Positions 52,053 to 64,000 of a DNA stretch of 64,000 nucleotides are shown here, in pieces. The position numbers and the translations under genes are program-made. How positions within the stretch are numbered: position 1 is the first letter of the stretch; every line of letters begins with the position of its first letter. The notes beneath the pieces were generated by a model. The model was not told the DNA's origin, searched no databases, and was given only the letters and a program-made list of their open reading frames with translations. Source of the stretch: Lama glama (lineage: Eukaryota); assembly GCA_028534125.1 (NCBI GenBank), contig CM052817.1, positions 61,134,001-61,198,000 on the forward strand, read 5' to 3'.

Positions 52053-52639
52053 TAGCATCAAGAGGGAGAGATTCTAAATTTTGTTCTTGATGCTGTGTGT
52101 ACTGATGCATTGTCCTTCACTATGCCCTTTTAAATGTAGCTTTGGGACTGCGATAGGCACCATGTACCTCGAACTTAGGATCCATCCATAGTTGTTTCAC
52201 TTTTATATGAGTTCTTAGAATCTGGCCCAATGATGGAAACTAAAATCAGAATTTAGGTCAGAATGGTTGCTACTGGAAAAAGCTAGGTGATTCAGTCCTG
52301 TGATAGACTTTGAGTCTGTTGCTGCCAGACGTTTTCATTCATTCCAGTATTCCTCCAAAAAATATTGATCATCTTCTGTGAGGTAGACTTTATGCAAAGT
52401 ACCTGAAGTCAACCTCTACGAACAAATGAAGAGCAGATCACATTCATATTTTTCCAGTCACCTGACTTCCTGGAGATCTTTAAAGTGCAAACGAATAATC
52501 GGTATTCTTCATGGTGAATCAACCATTTTTAACCTCCTCAGCAAATTGTCAGGGAAAATAGAATTTGCCAGGCCAAAAATCAGCATTCCCATTTTAATCT
52601 ATGTTTTTTGGACAGTCAACAATTAGAATATATTTGAAC

Positions 52640-52820
52640 TATTACTGTGTTTTAGGCATAGTGCTGAGCGCTTCACATTCTCTCACTTAATTTACATAGC
52701 AGTCCTTCCAAGATATTATTATCTACATTTTGCAGAAATGAGACCCATGGAGATTAAGTTGTTAGGAAGTTGATAGAACCAGAGTTCAAATCCAAACAGT
52801 CTAATTCCTGAGCATAAACT
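52640..52820 (-). mobile_element. MIR (intronic)
   Basis: taggcatagtgctgagcgctt...attattatctacattttgcaga...gttcaaatccaaacagtct. Confidence 0.7.
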
Positions 52821-54406
52821 AAAAGTTTTACATTATACAATTTCTTGTGAAGAGTGAAAGGGATATTAGAAGCTTTATTTTAATGTTTATTTCAGTAATA
52901 CCATTTTTTAATGCAAAACTCAGTATTTCATAAGCAGCTTTTAAAATACTGTGACCCTGACTAAATTGGTAATATATATCTTCTCTCTTAATATCTCCAT
53001 TTTGTTTGCTATTCTTCTACTTAAATGTAACAAGTGAGGGCAGAGTTCCTGCAAGTTACCTAGAATAACATTTTAAAATACTTTGGTGCAATTGGAACAT
53101 GGTGGAACCATTTGGTAGGCTGGATTAAGTGGTAATTAGTCAAATTTTGAAAGGCTTTGCTTATCTGAAGACTTTTGAACTCAACCTGATTTCAAACCAC
53201 TGAAGGATTTAAGCACTGGAGTGACATCCCTGTATGCACTCTTTCAACAGATATTCGATTTGCATAATGTGCTGTAGTTAATGTCTAGACATCTGGGTAC
53301 TTTAAGGTTTTAACAGTAAATATTTTAATCTGTTTCCTACGTAGTTAGGGAGGGCAGGAAAGGTCAGGGTATAGGCATGGAATTTTGAGTCTTTATAAGC
53401 CTCTGCTTCATTTTAGTTAAATGGGATGTTGGACAAGACTTTAAGATTATCTGAGATCCACAATTTTTTAATCTTTAAAATAAAAGCACTTCATAAACTG
53501 GAAATCAATGAAATGTCTTAGTTATTTGTCACTATTAGTAATGTGGAATTCTTAATTGCCTTTTCTAATCAGAAAGTGTTTCTTCTGCTTTACATTTTTT
53601 TTCCTGTCTGGGGAGACTTCACTCCTTTTCTGTTTATTGGGACTTTTCATACATTAATTCCTCTTAGAAACTGAGATTACCTTTAGGAATCACATGGTCA
53701 GTTTTGAGGACACTTGGGAAATAGGAAAATCAAGTTTGTTCTGGGAGTGGTGAGGATTCATCCTACTAGGAGTAGAGAGCTTTGTTTTCAGAAAAGATTA
53801 TTGTAATTGATACTGTGGATTTTTGAGACTCTTAAAAATTAAGGCAAAGTTTAGACTTTACAATGTAGGTACTTGGGGTCCATTAAAGACTAAAAGGGTA
53901 AAGTGATGAAAGAAACTTGTTTTGTAAAAACAGTCAGTCTAACAGTCATGAGTACTATACATTATTACAGGGTAGGGTTTGATGGGAGACAAATCATTTA
54001 GGAACCACTTATAATCCACACTTAATGATGGCAGTACAAAGAGAGAAGGAGGAGACATGAGAGATTCCGAAATAAGAAAGGGAGAGATTTTACAACTAGA
54101 TCCTTGCGAATGAGATAAAATGAATGCTAATAATTTTAGCTAAAGTAATTGGGGAATAAAAGATAGCTTTGTACATCAGAATAGGTATTAAGTACCCACT
54201 GTAAGACATTGGGCATGCCTTTAAAAATTCAAATGAGATCAAAGGTCCTGCATGCCATTTAACTAGACGAAAAGCAACTTGGCATAGGGGAGAGGGGGTG
54301 CTGAATTGAGCACTGGACCTTGGGGAGAGGACAAGACACTGAAGTTGGAATTAAGATTAGACCAGATATATTGGGAAATCATCAGTGGGCTATGAATACT
54401 GACCTT

Positions 54407-54580
54407 TTTTTTTTTTTTTTAGAGGAAATCTGATCCTTTTTAAAATTTTGTTTATGTTTTTGTTGTGGGAGGGAGGTAATTAGGTTGATTACTTATTTAT
54501 TTAATGTAGATGTTGGGGATTGAACCCAGGATTCATTCATGCTAGGCATGCACTCTACCACTGAGCTATACCCTCTTCCC
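54407..54580 (-). mobile_element. tRNA-derived SINE (Vic-1-like) with extended tail
   Basis: SINE body ~54440-54580. TSD ctgacctt at 54399-54406 / 54581-54588. Confidence 0.9.
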
Positions 54581-54769
54581 CTGACCTTACTTTCTTTATC
54601 ATCAACTGGTAACTTATTTTGTTATTATTTGGGATGATGCAATATTTGTTTATTTACAGTAGTTTTAGGGTCTAAGTCAGTTTATAGGACAAATTGTATA
54701 TAGTTAAAGTTACCTATAATCACTCTTTTCCTGCTAATTCTGTTTTTTGCCTAATACAAGATTTCATTT

Positions 54770-55178
54770 CCTGCCACTCTCCTTTAGTTACTGTGCTACA
54801 AACACAGTGTTCCTTGAATATGTCAAACATCATTCAGTCTTTTCCTTCTTCTCATTTGCTCTTCCTTATGCCTCTAAGACGCTTTCTGTTGATATCTGCA
54901 TATGACTAGGCTTTGTTTCATTAGGGTTTAGTGAAGTGTTATCTTTTGTAGAAGGCCATTTCTTGACCAGTGTCTCCGAAGTAGCAACTCCCTCCCTTTT
55001 ACTCTACTATATTTTTTTGTATAGTATCTTGTCACCATCTAACATTACATTATATATTTGTGTCTCCCTTATTAGAATGTAAGATATGTGAGAACAGAGA
55101 CCTTGTTCACCTGACCTTCCCCATTGCTCAAAATAGTGACTGTTGTATAGTAGGTCCTCAGGAAATACGTGTTGAAAG
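54770..55178 (+). mobile_element. L2 3' end
   Basis: tagaatgtaagatatgtgagaacagagaccttg...tagtaggtcctcaggaaatacgtgttgaa. Confidence 0.75.
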
Positions 55179-57553
55179 AGGAGTATTGGATGATAATTAG
55201 GTGATATTAGTACTTTGTACATTTTTTTTTAATGTCCCTCCTCTACTTTATGATCTTGAAATGGTTACATAGCTGTCAGTCATTGTTTAGCCATGGATAC
55301 TTGAAACTACTTTTGATACAAGGCAGGCTTCCTGAATCCCACCTTTGGATCTGAGGGCATACATATAACCTGTGGGCACCTCTCCTGCCTAGGTTTATTC
55401 TACTGTCTCAATGCCTAGAGTTATCAGTAGTTATTACTTACACTTTATTTGTCTTTTCTTCTTTTATTTTTCTTGGAGCATAGCAGGTTTAGAGGGAATA
55501 AAGCAATGGCAAATGAGTTTGAGAGAAGAGAACCTACTATGTTTTATGCATAAAGAAAAAAAATTGAGCTAAGCCTGATCCTCAAGGAGCACCAAGAGGA
55601 AAAGACATATAAATATATATATATAGTTAAAGTAGCACAATGAGATAACTCATAATAAGGGAAGATACTAAACAGTATAAGACCACAGTCTAATTCACAA
55701 TGATTCAGTTATCCCTTCTTCCTGCAGAGGATCAGGAAAAGTCATAGAGAGGGTGACTTTGAGTGGACCCTAAACAGTGAATCATTGCTTATTCAGTGAA
55801 TAAGGGATGAAAATATATGTTGCCATGGAGTGTGGTATGTGTGTGGAATAGGTGAGGTTATCTATGGAAGAGGAGGTGTAGGGCAGTTTAGATGAAGCTG
55901 GAAAGATTTAGAAACAAAAACTGCTGGGTTGTAAGGCCCCTTTCTTTGTATGCTATGCCAGGGAGGATGGATTTTATTTGGTACATGATATGGAGCATTT
56001 TAGTATGGGAAAAACATTAATGAAGCTGTTGCAATAATTGAAGCCTAAATGTAGGGAAATGACATTAGGGATGGCAGAGGAAGCAGTTTAAGGAAGTTTT
56101 ATATGATTTTATATGATATGTATTTGATGATCAGTTAAAGGTGGAGGATTTGAAGGTAACTTTCCTTGGATATGAGTGATTGGCTCTGTCAACCTAATTA
56201 GGCAGTAGGATTTGGAGGAAGATACCAAAACACGTTGAATTTGAGTTTTCACTCATATTTCCGTAGCAAGGTCTATTAGAGGGTTACGCATTGGAGTCTG
56301 GAGCTCAAAGAGCTTCTTAGGTGAGAACCTGGAAAATCAGCTTTGGAGTCATGCTTGTAGTAAGTTATCAAAAAATGTCCTAAGCAAGGTATATAGTAAG
56401 AAACATCAACATTTAATGATGAACAAAGGAAGGGAAACCAATGAAAGATATAAAGGATGACTGAAATAGACAGAGAATGATAATGCCCAGAAGCTAAAGA
56501 AAGAGGAGAGAGTTTCCAGGTTGGTGTGAACAATATCAGATGTTGCAGAGAAGTCAAGTTGGATGGGAACTGATCAGAGACCACTTTCCTTGGAAATTGA
56601 AGTTCCTGTTGACCTTTAGCAGTTTCAGTAGAAAGCTAAGAAGGTGAAGACTTCTCTTCCAAGAAAGGAAAGAGAGAAGCAGCTTGACGGGGAAGCAATG
56701 TCAAGAAAAGATGTTTGAGGAATATTGAAAATTGAGCATATTTGTTGGCCAAGGGGAAGAAACTAGTGGAGAGGAAAAGGATGGGGTGAGGGGAGCAGGT
56801 ATTTGAAAAGAGACATTAAGGGGATGGGATTGTTTAACTTTGAAAAGGAATAAAGGCACATTTTACCCAGGGGAGGAGGAGTGAAAGATAAAAATAGATG
56901 GGTTCAGAGATTATTTTGAAGTTGGAATGGGGGAATGTTTTAGTATATGCTTGATGAATTTCTCTGATAAAAATAGATGGAGTTTTCTAAAGTCATTTCC
57001 ATTTCAGTGTGTTCGTAATGTCAAAAGTAACTTGTTAATAAGTGAGAAAAAAATTTTAATTATACCAGTTATCAAAAAGATTACCAGAGAGCACTGCTCT
57101 GCCACATACGGATTGTATGATCTTGGTCTTGATTAAGATGTCAGCGTTTTTGGACTTCACATCCTTTGTCTAGATGTTCCTTGAAGTCCTTGCAGACAGC
57201 AAAATGGGTAAAATCCTTTGAATGATGAAGCCGAATATATCATTTTAATGTCATGATTCTGTAACTGTCAGGTGATACTCATTCCTTTTTAAGTGTGGGT
57301 GGCCAAAATGTGAATCATTGCTGTACCTTTGATTAGAAATTCTGGTTCCTTAATGTCTGCTAGTGTTAGTACTTAGTAAAAGGGTTGGTGCTCAGTTGTC
57401 GTAATATAAAGTACAGAATTAATTTTGTTACAAAGACTAAAGAAAGGGTGATACCATTTTCCTTCTTCGCTCATTATTTGTCATTTACTAGTCACTTATC
57501 CCAAAACCATTTATTGATGGATCCTTTTTCTTATTTTCGAAATGTCATCATTA

Positions 57554-59883
57554 TAGACATACCTCAGAGATATTGCGGGTTTGGTTCAGACCACCGCAAT
57601 AAAGCAAGTATTGCAGTAAAGCAAGTCATGGATTTTTTGGTTTCCCACTGTGTGTAAAAGTTATGTTTATACTACACTATAGTCTGTTAAGTGTGCAATA
57701 GCATTATGTCTAAAAAAAGTGCATACATTAATTTAAAGAATACTTTATTGCTTAAAAATGCTAACCATCTTCTGAGCCTTCAGTGAGTTGTAATCTTTAC
57801 TGGTGGAGGGTCTTGCCTTGATGTTGATGGCTGCTTACTGATTGGGGTGGTGGTTGTTGAGGGTAGGGGTGATTGTGCCAATTTCTTAAAATACGAAAAC
57901 AGTGAAGTTTGCTACATCAGTTGACTCTTCCTTTCACAAAAAATTTCTCTCTAAATGTAATACTATTTGATAACATTTTACTCACAGCAGAACTTCTTTC
58001 AGAATTGGAGTTATCCTCTCAAACCCTGTCACTGCTTTATCAACTAAGTTTTATATAGTATGCTAAATCCTCTGTTATTTCGGCAGGCTTCACACTGTCT
58101 TCAGGAGTAAATATCATGTCAGGGATCTCCTTTCTTTGCTCATCCATAAGAAACAGCTCCTCATTAGTTAGTTTATCATGAGATTGCAACAATTCAGTCA
58201 CATCTTCAGGCTCTATTCCTAATTCTAGTTGTCTGCTGTTTCCACCACATCTGCAGTTCATTCTTCCACTGAAATCTGGAACCCCTCATAGTCATCCATG
58301 ATGGTTGGAGTCAGCTTTTTCCAAACTCCTCTTAATGTTGATATGTTGACCTCTTATGAATCATGAATGTTCTTAAGGGCATCCAGAATGGGTGAATCCT
58401 TTCAGAAGATTTTCAGTAGACTTTACCCAGATCCATCAGGGGAATCACTATTGATGACAGCTATAGCCTTATGAAAAGTATATCTTAAGTGATAGGACTT
58501 GAAGGTTGGAAATGTTCCTTGATCCGTGGGCTGCAGAATGGATGTTGTGTTAGCAGCCATGAAAACAACATTAATCTCATTGTATATCTGTATCAGAGCT
58601 CTTGAGTGACCAGGTGCATTGTCATTGAGAATATCTTGAAAGGAATCTTTTCCTGAGCAGTAGGTCTCAACAGTGGGTTTTAAATATTCAGTAAGTGATG
58701 TTATAAACAGATGTGCTGTCAGTCAGGCTTTGTTCCACTTACAGAGCATAAGCAGAGTAGATTTAGCATAATTCTTAAGGGCCCTAGGATTTTTAGAATG
58801 GTAAATGAGCATTAGTTTCAGCTTAAAGTCACCAGCTGCATTAGCCCCTGACAGGAGAGTCAGCCTGTCCTTTGAAGCCAGGGATTGACTTCTCCTCTCT
58901 CATTGTGGGAGTCCTAAATGATACCTTCTTCCAATAGAAGGCTGTTTGGTCTACATTCAAAATCTCTTGTTTAGTATAGCCACTTTCATTAATGACCTTA
59001 GCTGGGTCTTAGAGCTTCTACATCAGTATTTGCTGCTTCAACTTACACTTTTACATTATGAAGATGCCTTCTTTCCTTCAACCTCATGAGCCAACTTCTG
59101 CTAGTTTCACACTTTTCTTCTATAGCGTCCTCACCTCTCTGAGCCTTCATAGAATTGAAGAGAGTTAGGGCCTTGCTCTGGATTAGGCTTTGGCTTAAGG
59201 GAATGCTATGCCTTGTTTGATCTTTTATCCAAACCAGAAAAACTTTCTCCATATTTTCAGTAAGGTTGTTTTGTTTCTTATTTGCGTGTTCACTGGAGTA
59301 GAACTTTCAGTTTCCTTCAAGAACTTTTCCTTTGCATTCGTGACTTGGCCAACTGGTGCGAGAGGCCTGGCTTTCAGCCTTGTTGGCTTTAGGTGTGCCT
59401 TCTCACTAACCTTAATCATTTCCAGCTTTTGATTTAAAGTGAGGGATGTACAACTCTTCCTTTCACTTGAATACTTAGGAGCCATTGAAGGTAATTAATT
59501 AGCCTAATTTATTGTTATGTTTTAGGGAGTAGGGAGGCCGGAAGAGAGGGGGAGGGGGAACTAGCTAGCAGTCCGTCGAGTAGTCAGAACACACGTAACA
59601 TTTATCAATAAAGTTTGCCGTCTTACATGGGTGCTGTTGGTGGCACCGTAAAACAATGACAGTAGTAACATCAAAGATCACTGATCACCGTAAGAAATAT
59701 CACAATAATGGAAAAGTTTGAAACATTGTAAGCATTACTACCAAAATGTGACACAAAGACATGAAGTGAGCAGATGCTGTTGGAAAAGTGGTGTCGGTAG
59801 ACTTGCTGAACACGGGGTTGCCACCAACCTTCAGTGTGTGAAAAGCACAGTATCTGCAAAGCACAATAAACAAGATGTACCTT
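57554..59883 (-). mobile_element. Near full-length Tigger1 (TcMar/pogo) DNA transposon with broken transposase
   Basis: Degenerate TIRs (tagacatacctc.. / ..caagatgtacctt) flanked by TA. Minus-strand ORF pieces 59225..59485 (MAPKYSSERKSCTSLTLNQKLEMIK), 59043..59252 ([25 protein letters not shown]) and 58040..58261 (EDVTELLQSHDK) match the Tigger1 transposase in different frames. Confidence 0.93.
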
Positions 59884-62046
59884 TATTGTAGATTTTAATG
59901 TTTTGTTTTTTTCTTCTTCTTTAACCTGAAAGTTTAAAGAAGTCATTTCTTTGGTTTTTCTTTTTTTTTTTTAATTTCCAAGTGACCGAAATTTTTCTTT
60001 GATGTTTTTATTAACATTTACTTCTAATTTCACTTTTGGTGACCAGGGAATGTGGTCTGTAGAATTTCTTCTTTTTATTTATTTACTGAAATTTTCTTTT
60101 TGTCCTACTACGCAATTTTTGTAAAAGTTCTAAGAGTACTTGAAAAAAAGACACAGTCTAAGTATAGATTTAATTATATGTCAAATAATAATGAGTTATT
60201 ATTTATACCATTTTTTTCAAAGTGGATAACAAATGCATCATAAGTCAATTTCTTGGATCCTGACTACATGCATATAACCTTTTTTAAATTGTAATAGAAT
60301 AAATAAAAGATTATCAAAGTGTCACAGTAAACCCTCTTAGGCCTTTTTTCCAGTTATATATATATCTATCTAGCAGTCTGTGCTTAGGGTCATAAGTCTA
60401 ATGTGTCTCTTACAGTGAGTTCCAGTCACAAATGTTTGAAGAGCACCTTTCTATATCTTAATCATTTTTCTGTTCTCTTTTCTGTTAAGTAGACAAGAGA
60501 GTTAAAGCCTCATATTTGTCTCTGTTGACTTCACTCTATATATCCTGCAGTGTTTATGCATTTCATAATTAGAATGCATTTGCACATGTCAGTTACCTTT
60601 TTATTATAGATATAAATTCTGTTATTAAAAAGTAACTTTCAGGCTTAACACTTTGGCTTTGTGCATTATTAATAGCATGACTTTCTTTTCCTTTCCATTT
60701 TTTGCATTTTCCTTTTGATTTCAGGATTAAACCTGAAATGTTTCATTTTATTTTATCTTAGAATAATGTGTTAGAAACTACTCTTAAGTTTTGTATTCAG
60801 TGCATTCTTCATCTTTTTTCTAGAGCTTTTCTCAGAGATACTTCGATTTATCTAAGATTTTAAAGGTATTTCCCTATCTATTGTGACGTTCAAATTAAGA
60901 CTGTCCAGATTTTATAATCTATAGTTTCGGCAGTAAACCATTCAAAGGGGCAATATATGATGTGTTTTACTAGGTATTCAAAGGAACTGCCTTGAAAGTC
61001 AGTTGCCATGTTTGAGAATTGAACCATGTAGAGCAATATACAATTAGAATATCAAAAAGGGCACACTTACATAAGTCTGCAGAACAGGTATGAAGATTTA
61101 TGTGTTTTCATTCTTCTTTGGGAGATCACCATTATTTGTGGATTATCAAATTGATTGAGACTATTTCTGTATGAAATCATGGTCTCCTAGTAGTGATTTT
61201 GTTTGTTTTTTGAGTGGTCCTCGATCTTGGACCACTTGGAAAGGTAGACTCAGTGGCAGCTTTAAATGCTTCTTTTGTTTCATGGTAGACTTAGATTGAG
61301 ACTGGGTAAAAGCATACTGGAAAATTTGGGATATAAGATTCATCTTTTCATACATGCTACTATTGGGGAATTTCATTTGGAATGACTGTGTGGAAACTTG
61401 TGATCTTCTCACATAGGCTAATAATGTAGGTTCCCATTGCCTTTGGTAATGAGATAATCATCTGCCTCTAAAACATAGGATTTTTTTTACTGTTTTTATA
61501 TGGAAAGACCAGCTGTTTCCCCTCATGTTTCTTTCTTTCGTATTTGTTTATTCCTCTCTCATGGCACAAATTATGACTCATTTAGCTACTTATGTACATG
61601 GCTATTTAGCTCCTATTGTTAGTTTCTTTAGGGCAAGTAGAACTATAATTTGCCTTTTTTTTTTCTTTCTTTCTTTAATATCCTCTGTCTCCTGGTACAG
61701 TACCTTAAAAAGATAAGGCATTCAGCAAATGTCAGAATTAACAGTAGCCAGTGTTTTTATAATTGTTTCTGCTTTTCACCATTCTTCCCTTTATTTTAAT
61801 ATTTTGCTTTTTTGCTTTCTTCTTTCTCCTTTGTGCTGCTGCTTAAAAGTGTTTGCTTTGAATCAGAAAGCATCATTGCATCAGGAATATCTTTTTGGCT
61901 ATTGACTCTTACTATTTTTTGTTGTTTACTTCCAAAAATAGTTCAAATAAATAAATCTAAGCATTTCAGCACTATTCTAATTCTAGATTATTGACTATAT
62001 TGGAAAGTTGATATTTTATATAAACAAGCTCTTACTGTATTCTGTT

Positions 62047-63474
62047 AGTCTTTAAAGTGTGATCTGTGAACCTTAGAGGTCCCTAGGATCAAAACTATTT
62101 CATAATAATGTTAAGACATTACTTGGTTTTTTTTTTTACAGTGTTGTATCAGTTTCAGGTACACAGCATAGTGTTCAGTTATGCATATGTATTCTTTTTC
62201 ATATTCCCGGTGCTGTACAGTAGGACCTTGTTTACCTACCTCATATATAGTAGCTAGTATCTGTAAATCTCAAACTCCTGATTTATCTCTCCCCATCTTT
62301 TCCCTTTGGTAACCATAAGTTTGCTTTCTGTATCTGTGAGTCTGTTTCTATTTTGTAAATAAATTCATTTGTGTCATTTTTTAAAATTACACCTATAATT
62401 GATACCATATGGTATTTGTCTTTCTCTGTCTGACTTCACTTAATATCTTTTGAAACAAAATGTGAACTACCCTCTGCTGTGTACCAAAGTACAGTAGTTG
62501 TCTCAAGAGAAAGCATTTGAGGAGTTGCTTTGAATGGTGATCTGAGCTTGTCATTCTTTTACAGAACACCATTTTTACTTGAAAGAATGAATGACCAGCA
62601 AACTACATTTATGCAGATTTAGGTATTTAGCAGATATTTTCTCAAAAACGAACTGATATCAAGGAAGACAACTGACAGCATTTATTGCAAGTGATAAAAT
62701 TCCAGTTTCAAAGAAAAAGTTTTAGAAAATATATCCACAGCTGTGAGTTTGACAATCTCTAGATATTTAGAACCAGTGGTGAGATTAATGAAAATAATTT
62801 TTAAAATAAAATATCATGACTTGTCAACATTTAGAAGATCTGCATTAATCATTGAATGAACTAGTATTTTCCAAAAGACCAGTGCACACATACTAAAAAA
62901 ATAATGCATGGGTTAAAGACCTATTAAAGTACGAGATAGACCAGTGGGTTTCAATGAAACAATGCGAAAGTTTATTAATGTTGTTTCAGATTCCACATTG
63001 CAGCAACCTTTAGAAAAACTACCATCTGTCAAATATGGATTTAGTGTCACAGAACAACAACAGCAATGTAAAAAGGCTATGAAAATATTTCTCCCTCCCC
63101 CAACTGTATAACTATGATCAGGCATGATTTTCCTCATAAACCTAAACAATATACTACAAAACAAAAGCAATATACTGCAAACAGGTTAATTGCACAGACA
63201 TGAGAATCTAGCTGTCTTCTATTAAACTAGAGATTTTCACAGATGTAAAACAATGCAACTCTTCTCACTGAATTTAGGGGGTTGGGGAAGGAGGGGATAT
63301 AGTTTTCATAAAGTATGTTAACATGTAAAGACTTTGTTTAATAAATAAATATTTAAACTTTTTTTTAGTTTCTGTCTTCTAATATAAATATCATAGACAA
63401 AATCTACATAAGCAGAACTCTTCAGGGCCCTCATTTTTTAAGAGTAAAGGAGGTCCTGAGTTTGAGGAATGTTG
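62047..63474 (+). mobile_element. Charlie1-type hAT transposon fossil interrupted by L1
   Basis: 5' end aaagtgtgatctg...caaaactattttcataataat. Internal gaacaccatttttacttgaaagaa. 3' end taagagtaaaggaggtcctgagtttgag. Confidence 0.8.
62127..62444 (-). mobile_element. L1 3' end inside Charlie1
   Basis: Poly-T then acagtgttgtatcagtttcaggtacacagc...ggtatttgtctttctctgtctgacttcacttaa. Confidence 0.85.
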
Positions 63475-64000
63475 TTACATTGTAACCTTCCCTCATTCCC
63501 CCATATTATCAAACCACCTCCTCTTTTAATCACTTACCAGTCAGGCTATGGGGATACCACTTGGTTCAGTGTGGTATACATGTTAATGTATATATCTTGA
63601 TGGTATACATTACATATTCAGTAAAAGTTCTAAGTAATTGAGTACATGTAGGAGAGTAAGCACAACTTTTCCTTTATTTTTTACTGTCTTGTTAATGAAG
63701 CATATTAAGCATGAGTTTTAAAAATTGGTATGTCTTCACCATATATTTTGTACTATAATCTGTATATCATAAGGGGAGAAAAATCAAAAGAAAAGGTGAA
63801 TATATAATCAAGTTCAAGAAACTCTAGTTCTCCTTATACTCACTAATGGATTTTTAGAGCCCCCACAGGCATAAGACATTTGAATGACTAATTTTGAAAA
63901 AATTATTCTTCATTTTGAATGAAAAAGCTTTTTAAAGAAAAGTGGACAATCCACATCATTTTACAATAGCCCTTTTCAAGTGTAAGAAACCAGGACACTG

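Overview
AT-rich mammalian genomic DNA, most likely a camelid (inferred from five copies of a tRNA-derived SINE resembling Vic-1). There is no sign of prokaryotic content. The only protein-coding gene is the 5' end of SMARCAD1 on the + strand: a CpG-island promoter at about 50.9-51.6 kb, two candidate non-coding first exons, and the first coding exon (51787-52026, ATG at 51837), followed by a long intron running off the window end. The upstream ~50 kb is intergenic and filled with L1, L2, MIR, MaLR/ERV LTRs and hAT/Tigger fossils. Almost all other ORFs in the track are repeat fragments or noise. I see no convincing new multi-gene system. The best leads are: (1) a ~1.45 kb CpG-rich non-repeat segment that replaces the middle of an MLT1A LTR without poly-A or TSD; (2) a young 119-nt retroposed RNA of unknown identity with a perfect 18-bp TSD; (3) two convergent MER41-like LTRs, one retaining tandem STAT GAS motifs; (4) two co-oriented CTCF-like sites in a repeat-poor block. 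Repeat family names come from my memory of consensus sequences and need Dfam/RepeatMasker confirmation. Boundaries of old repeats are approximate.
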